Source: Candidatus Helarchaeota ASGARD archaeon Hel_GB_B
GTDB lineage: Archaea > Asgardarchaeota > Lokiarchaeia > Helarchaeales > HEL-GB-B
Length of the DNA: 32,000 nt
NCBI GenBank assembly: GCA_005191425.1
Contig: SUPR01000027.1
Location: 5,791 to 37,790, forward strand
Reading direction: 5' to 3'
Positions 27,563 through 32,000 of the stretch are shown here, in pieces. Position 1 is the stretch's first letter, and every line of letters begins with the position of its first letter. Made by a program: the position numbers and the translations under genes. The notes beneath the pieces were generated by a model, which saw only the letters and a program-made list of their open reading frames with translations, did no database searches and was not told where the DNA came from.

Positions 27563-28720
27563 TTAAGTGTCTCCACTTTTAATTTCATCTTTGATTTCTT
27601 CTTTAATTTCATCTTTTAATTCTTTTTTTAATTCATCTCTAATTTCATCTTTAATTTTCTTGATTTCTTTAGATTCTTTACTCTTTTTACTTTTTATATG
27701 AAATTTCTTCTTTTCTAGAGATTTTTTAGGTTGTTCTCGTGGTGTTTCAGAAACTTTTTCTATTTCTGGTTTTTTTTCAGGTAATTTTGGTGGTCTCCAC
27801 CATCGAATCCATGTTTTTGATGGTTTTTTAATCTTTTTAATCTTAAAAATTAGGATTGCTGTTATATTAATACTTAAAATATTCACAATACAAATTAGAA
27901 AGCTACCCAAGCTAATAGAGAATTCGCCTAATATCAAAGTAATTCCGATGTTAACAATTGGTGGCATCAATGAAACGCCAACTGCAAGTCCGACTAATGA
28001 AGAATAAAATTTACCCCCAGTTAATGAGAATCCGGTAGCAATACCTATTATAAGGGCAATAAAAAAGTCTAAGATAGTAACATTTTCACGTTTTAATATT
28101 TCCTGCGATTTTATGGGCAATGGAAACATAGAATTATTAAAATAATTTAATGAATAATATAAGAGTCCTATTAAAATCCCACAAACAACTGAAATTAAAA
28201 ATCCAAATATTTCGGTCTTAGCTGCTTTTTTTATTAAAATTTTATCTCTTATAATAATCCCAAAGCTAAGGCCTAAAATTGGACCCATTAAAGGTGCAAG
28301 TACCATTGATGCCATTACAATTAGAACATTATCACTAATTAGACCAAACCCGGCAGTAAATGCGGACAAAATTACGAAAATAATGTAATCAATAGAGAAT
28401 TCTGAATTATTAGAAATATCTTTGAGTATTTCCTCAACCGAAATTTTTGAAGATATACGCTCTTTTTCCTTTGAAAGCATTTCAAGAGGTGGTAAAGTAG
28501 CTTTAACTTCTAAAATATCTATTATTCCATAGGAGCTACCTACACCAATTGAATTTAAAGATTCAATAATATCTGGAGCTTTTATATCCTGCACTCTAAA
28601 TATAATAAGTGCATCCGTCTCTCCTTGAATTGTATGAATTCCCTTAACTTTTAATTCTAATAATTTATCTATGACTATCTTAAGTTTTTCTAGGGGAATT
28701 GTAATTTGAATTTGTCTAAT
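27563..28720 (-). CDS. TIGR00341/DUF389 membrane protein
   Basis: IVMASMVLAPLMGPILGL, LVGLAVGVSLMPP and many TM segments. The frame stays open upstream of the track's GTG (28594) and encodes IRQIQITIP..., the family-type N-terminus. Probable ATT start at 28720 or 28723. Confidence 0.85.
   Translation of the reverse strand: MRQIQITIPLEKLKIVIDKLLELKVKGIHTIQGETDALIIFRVQDIKAPDIIESLNSIGVGSSYGIIDILEVKATLPPLEMLSKEKERISSKISVEEILKDISNNSEFSIDYIIFVILSAFTAGFGLISDNVLIVMASMVLAPLMGPILGLSFGIIIRDKILIKKAAKTEIFGFLISVVCGILIGLLYYSLNYFNNSMFPLPIKSQEILKRENVTILDFFIALIIGIATGFSLTGGKFYSSLVGLAVGVSLMPPIVNIGITLILGEFSISLGSFLICIVNILSINITAILIFKIKKIKKPSKTWIRWWRPPKLPEKKPEIEKVSETPREQPKKSLEKKKFHIKSKKSKESKEIKKIKDEIRDELKKELKDEIKEEIKDEIKSGDT
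27581..27652 (-). repeat. Intragenic imperfect 12-bp repeat encoding (K/R)-(D/E/K)-E-(I/L) x6
   Basis: KDEI RDEL KKEL KDEI KEEI KDEI at the C-terminus of the TIGR00341 protein. Confidence 0.6.
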
Positions 28721-29469
28721 AATTAGTCCATCCTTAAATATCTTATTTTTATAAGGTAATTAATATGTTTTTAATTAGAATTTTATTTCATTATAATACT
28801 TATTAAGGAATATTTAAATCATTGTAATGTTTACTTTTTAAATTTAATCAAATTTATTAAAGCCTTATATTTAAAGTATAACTAAAATTTTTTGGTCTGA
28901 ATAAAAAAGTAAAAAGATCAAAACATAAATTTAAAATACATATTTCATGTAATATTTAATCCGAAGAAGAGATATAGAAACTTTCCGAAATTTTACTGAG
29001 TTTTTTTAATCATTTTGTCTTTTTCTAACTTATTATTAATTGAATAATTACCTATTCTTTTTAATTTCTATACTAAAATCTTTTAAATCATATTTTTATC
29101 CGATAATAGGGCTTCAATTAATTTAATTTTAACCATTTTAATAACTTTTTCCTAAAGATATTTATGATGATTTAAGGTTAATCGGGATTTTTGTTTAATA
29201 AAAAATCAATAATAATAAATTGTTACTTAGTATTTGTTAATATTACATTTCAATTTTAAATTTTATTTGAATATTTTTTTCCAGAAGGTTCTTTCATTTA
29301 TCTTTTTTAAAAATAATGTATACTTTCGAAATTGGCTTTTTGGAAGAATATATAGTTTTTAGTCGGTATTTCAGAAAAACAGACTTTAAATTTTTTTATG
29401 ATAATATATTTTTACAGTACTAATCCTAAATCAAATCATTATAATTTACAATTTTTTTTAATGGATTAA

Positions 29470-29484
29470 CGAAATGTTTATATA
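29470..29484 (+). promoter_or_regulatory. BRE-TATA promoter of histone gene
   Basis: CGAAATG-TTTATATA lies ~60 nt upstream of the histone ATG. Confidence 0.55.
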
Positions 29485-29541
29485 TATAAAGATTTACTAT
29501 TAAAATATAGAAAATTAAAATTCCAAATTAATAAAAAAAGA

Positions 29542-29772
29542 ATGAAGGTGTTTAGAACGACAAAAAGAAGATTTTTTGCTTGGTCACCAATTAGAGCTGT
29601 TATGGCTGATGTCGGGGCAAAAATAGTTGCAAGAGATGCAGTGGATTATTTAATAGAATATTTATCCGAATATACTATTGATCTGACTAAAAGGTCATTA
29701 GTATTAGCAAAACACGCAAATAGAAAGAAAATTACAAAAGATGATATACTCTTGGCAGTAAAAGGCTTTTAA
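29542..29772 (+). CDS. Archaeal histone (HMf-type fold) with short basic N-terminal extension
   Basis: FAWSPIRAVMADVGAKIVARDAV...LAKHANRKKITKDDILLA. Equivalents of HMfB G16, L46, H49, R52, D59 and L62 are retained. Confidence 0.95.
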   Translation: MKVFRTTKRRFFAWSPIRAVMADVGAKIVARDAVDYLIEYLSEYTIDLTKRSLVLAKHANRKKITKDDILLAVKGF

Positions 29773-29805
29773 AAAAAGTTAAAAAAAATTTTACTCCTTT
29801 TTTTT
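29771..29805. terminator. Putative bidirectional oligo-T terminator between convergent histone and Lrp-domain genes
   Basis: T8 tract at 29798-29805 on +; A7 and A8 tracts at 29771-29788 give T tracts on the minus strand. Confidence 0.4.
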
Positions 29806-29830
29806 CTAATTTATTTAAATCGATAAAATC

Positions 29831-30145
29831 TTAAATTCCTTCATTAAAGGTACTATTACTTAAATCTAATCTGAAGGACTCTATATCTCCAGTTAAGGCA
29901 ATAAGGGTCATTGAACGCTTAACAAATTTAGAGCGCCTTATTTTAAGAACAAGTGAATTTAATTCTGCCATTGACTCTGTTTGAATCTTTATAATGATGT
30001 CCCAAGCTCCATATACTATATAACTTTCTACTACATTTTTTTCCATTTCCCGAATTCGACTAATTACATCATACTCTTTTCCTGTATCTACATTCATCAT
30101 TAAATAAGCGATTGTTAAATTTTCATCATCATTCATTTTAAACAA
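29831..30145 (-). CDS. Stand-alone Lrp/AsnC ligand-binding (RAM) domain protein
   Basis: AYLMMNVDTGKEYDV...VYGAWDIIIKI...SMTLI, with no HTH. The start may be the ATG at 30136. Confidence 0.9.
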   Translation of the reverse strand: MFKMNDDENLTIAYLMMNVDTGKEYDVISRIREMEKNVVESYIVYGAWDIIIKIQTESMAELNSLVLKIRRSKFVKRSMTLIALTGDIESFRLDLSNSTFNEGI

Positions 30146-30337
30146 CTCTTTTTTTCAAGTGGATTTTATATTAAATAGGTTTATTTTTATACAATATAAA
30201 TATTATTTAAGTAATTAAATAAATACATAATATCTTCCGAATATTAATTATTACTTATTATTAGTTAAATTTTACTTTTCTAAAAACATAATTAAATAAA
30301 TAATATTCCTCTAAAAAATAGAAATGGGTAAATAAAA

Positions 30338-31288
30338 TTGATAATTGATGTACATTGCCATCTTGGGCAATTAAAAATGTTTCCAGACAGTTATATCGAC
30401 ATTTTTGCTACACATATATCTCATATAGTTCCAGGTTTATCTAAGGAAGCAGTATATCAATCTGAAATAATGAAAAAGAGTTTTGATGGATCACCGGAGC
30501 GACTTATTAAAGAAATGGACGAAGCTCATATTGACAAAGCAGTAGTTTTTGGTGTAGACTGGGGTCTTGCATTAGGTGAACCAAAAATTCCAATAGAAGA
30601 ATATAATAAATATATTGCTAAGGCATCTCAAGACTATTCTGATAGATTAATTGGGTTCTTTACTATAGATCCACGTAGAAAAAATGCTATTGAATTATTT
30701 GAAACTGCTATCACAAAATGGGAGATGCGTGGGCTAAAAATACATCCAACAACTGGTTATAAATTAACAGATGAAAAGTCAAGGGCGTTATTCAAGAAAG
30801 CTATTGAGTTAGAGGTACCTATTGTATCCCATTTAGGATATATTACTGCTTTAAAGGGGTATTTAGCAAAACCGCGATATTTTGATGAGATAACCACTGA
30901 TTTTCCCGATCTGAAAATTTCTTTAGCTCATTTAAATTACGGTGAAATAGAAGATTTATTAAATTTAATGTTCTGTAAAACTGGCGTTTATTGCGATTTC
31001 TCTTCACATGGACAGATTCTTATGATGAATTCACCACCAGATTTTTATCGTCAATTGAGGTTCTTTATGAATTTTGAAGGAGTAAAAGACAGGGTAATGT
31101 TTGGCACTGATTGGCCAATGACCTCAAACATAATGTCTTTGAAAGATTGGGTTGCAACTATTAAAAATCTAGGAAATGAAAAAGTGTCTCAAATATTAAA
31201 TGTAAATGGATATAAACGATTTAAAAAGTCAGAAATTACAAAATTATTAAGTAAAAATGCTCAAAATTTTCTTAAAAATATTTTATAA
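30338..31288 (+). CDS. Amidohydrolase family 2 (TIM-barrel metal-dependent hydrolase)
   Basis: IDVHCH, GLKIHP, SHLG, LAHL and MFGTDWP. Confidence 0.92.
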   Translation: MIIDVHCHLGQLKMFPDSYIDIFATHISHIVPGLSKEAVYQSEIMKKSFDGSPERLIKEMDEAHIDKAVVFGVDWGLALGEPKIPIEEYNKYIAKASQDYSDRLIGFFTIDPRRKNAIELFETAITKWEMRGLKIHPTTGYKLTDEKSRALFKKAIELEVPIVSHLGYITALKGYLAKPRYFDEITTDFPDLKISLAHLNYGEIEDLLNLMFCKTGVYCDFSSHGQILMMNSPPDFYRQLRFFMNFEGVKDRVMFGTDWPMTSNIMSLKDWVATIKNLGNEKVSQILNVNGYKRFKKSEITKLLSKNAQNFLKNIL

Positions 31289-31297
31289 TTTATAAAG

Positions 31298-31675
31298 TTG
31301 ATAATCTTGATTAAAAAATTCATTGTACAAATTGGAATGGGCGTTGATCAACATGGTCATAATATGGACGCTACAAAGGCTGCCATAAAAGCAGTGAAAA
31401 ATGCAATATCTAATAATTGTCTGGCGGGGCTGAATGAAATATTAAATATAAAAGATCCTCTTGAGATGATTGTGGATATTCTAATTGCTAAACCTAATAA
31501 TACTACTATTAACGAAAAAAAAGTTCTCCGGGCTATTCCATTTGGAAAAAAGTCTATTCAGGTTATTGATGGTGGAATGATCGCAAGTGGTATATATATC
31601 AAGGAATTAGGTGATATAAATGATAATATGCTGGTAGTCAATGCTGCAATAACTGTATCATTTGATATAAATTAA
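31298..31675 (+). CDS. Lin0512 family protein
   Basis: IGMGVDQHGHNMDATKAAIKAVKNAI and RAIPFG...VIDGG...NAAITV. The start may be the TTG at 31307. Confidence 0.88.
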   Translation: MIILIKKFIVQIGMGVDQHGHNMDATKAAIKAVKNAISNNCLAGLNEILNIKDPLEMIVDILIAKPNNTTINEKKVLRAIPFGKKSIQVIDGGMIASGIYIKELGDINDNMLVVNAAITVSFDIN

Positions 31676-31688
31676 AAAATTAAATCCA

Positions 31689-32000
31689 TTAGCCCTTTTT
31701 TATAAAATATTTTTTTCCAAATTTTTTAAAATCCCTAGTCCCTCCGCCATTTAATATTATATCTCGAACTTTAAATGGTGCTATAATCATAGTGCCTGCA
31801 ATTCGAGTTAAACCTCTTTTGAATAAAGGGTTTGGGATGCAGCTTGCTGTAGGACCAATTAATATGCATTCTGGACAATTTTTACCTTTTTCTAAAATTT
31901 CATCAATAGTACCGTTAACTAGTGACGATCCTGTAATAAGTAAAACGTTTATTTCATCAATAAATTCCAAATTATTAACAATCGAGATACCAGAGAGAGA
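31689..32000 (-). CDS. DUF364 / Rossmann-like domain protein, 5' end outside window
   Basis: LLITGSSLVNGTIDEIL, LIGPTAS and GGG motifs. The frame is open to the window edge. Confidence 0.85.
   Translation of the reverse strand, partial: SLSGISIVNNLEFIDEINVLLITGSSLVNGTIDEILEKGKNCPECILIGPTASCIPNPLFKRGLTRIAGTMIIAPFKVRDIILNGGGTRDFKKFGKKYFIKKG

Overview
Very AT-rich, gene-dense archaeal chromosomal DNA. It is most likely from an Asgard archaeon (Loki/Hel-type). That assignment is an inference from the FAWSP-type histone, the Bet3-like/V4R proteins, the WD40-winged-helix-longin protein, the frequent TTG starts and the BRE-TATA promoters. About 25 CDSs are supported. From left to right: TPR protein; an unusual Cdc48-like AAA+ ATPase with three modules and a C-terminal HbYX motif; a helical hypothetical; a HAD/PfkB/radical SAM-SPASM operon; WD40-WH-longin protein; ADP-forming acyl-CoA synthetase alpha; YjbQ; a membrane protein; an orphan PglX/Eco57I-like adenine methyltransferase; a Bet3-like plus V4R gene pair; a PD-(D/E)xK protein with a 21-bp-repeat coiled coil and a decayed copy of its 3' half; Hsp20 with a candidate heat-shock operator; transglutaminase-like protein; GH2 glucuronidase-like enzyme; GvpD/KaiC-like ATPase; MfnD-like ATP-grasp; PK_C-like protein; TIGR00341 membrane protein (probable ATT start); histone; Lrp ligand-binding domain; amidohydrolase; Lin0512; partial DUF364. 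I saw no rRNA, tRNA, CRISPR array or intact transposase. The best candidates for undescribed biology are the TPR + triple-AAA proteasome-linked module, the Bet3-like/V4R pair, the WD40-WH-longin protein and the nuclease with its duplicated C-terminal cassette. All family calls come from motif recognition by eye; no searches were run.
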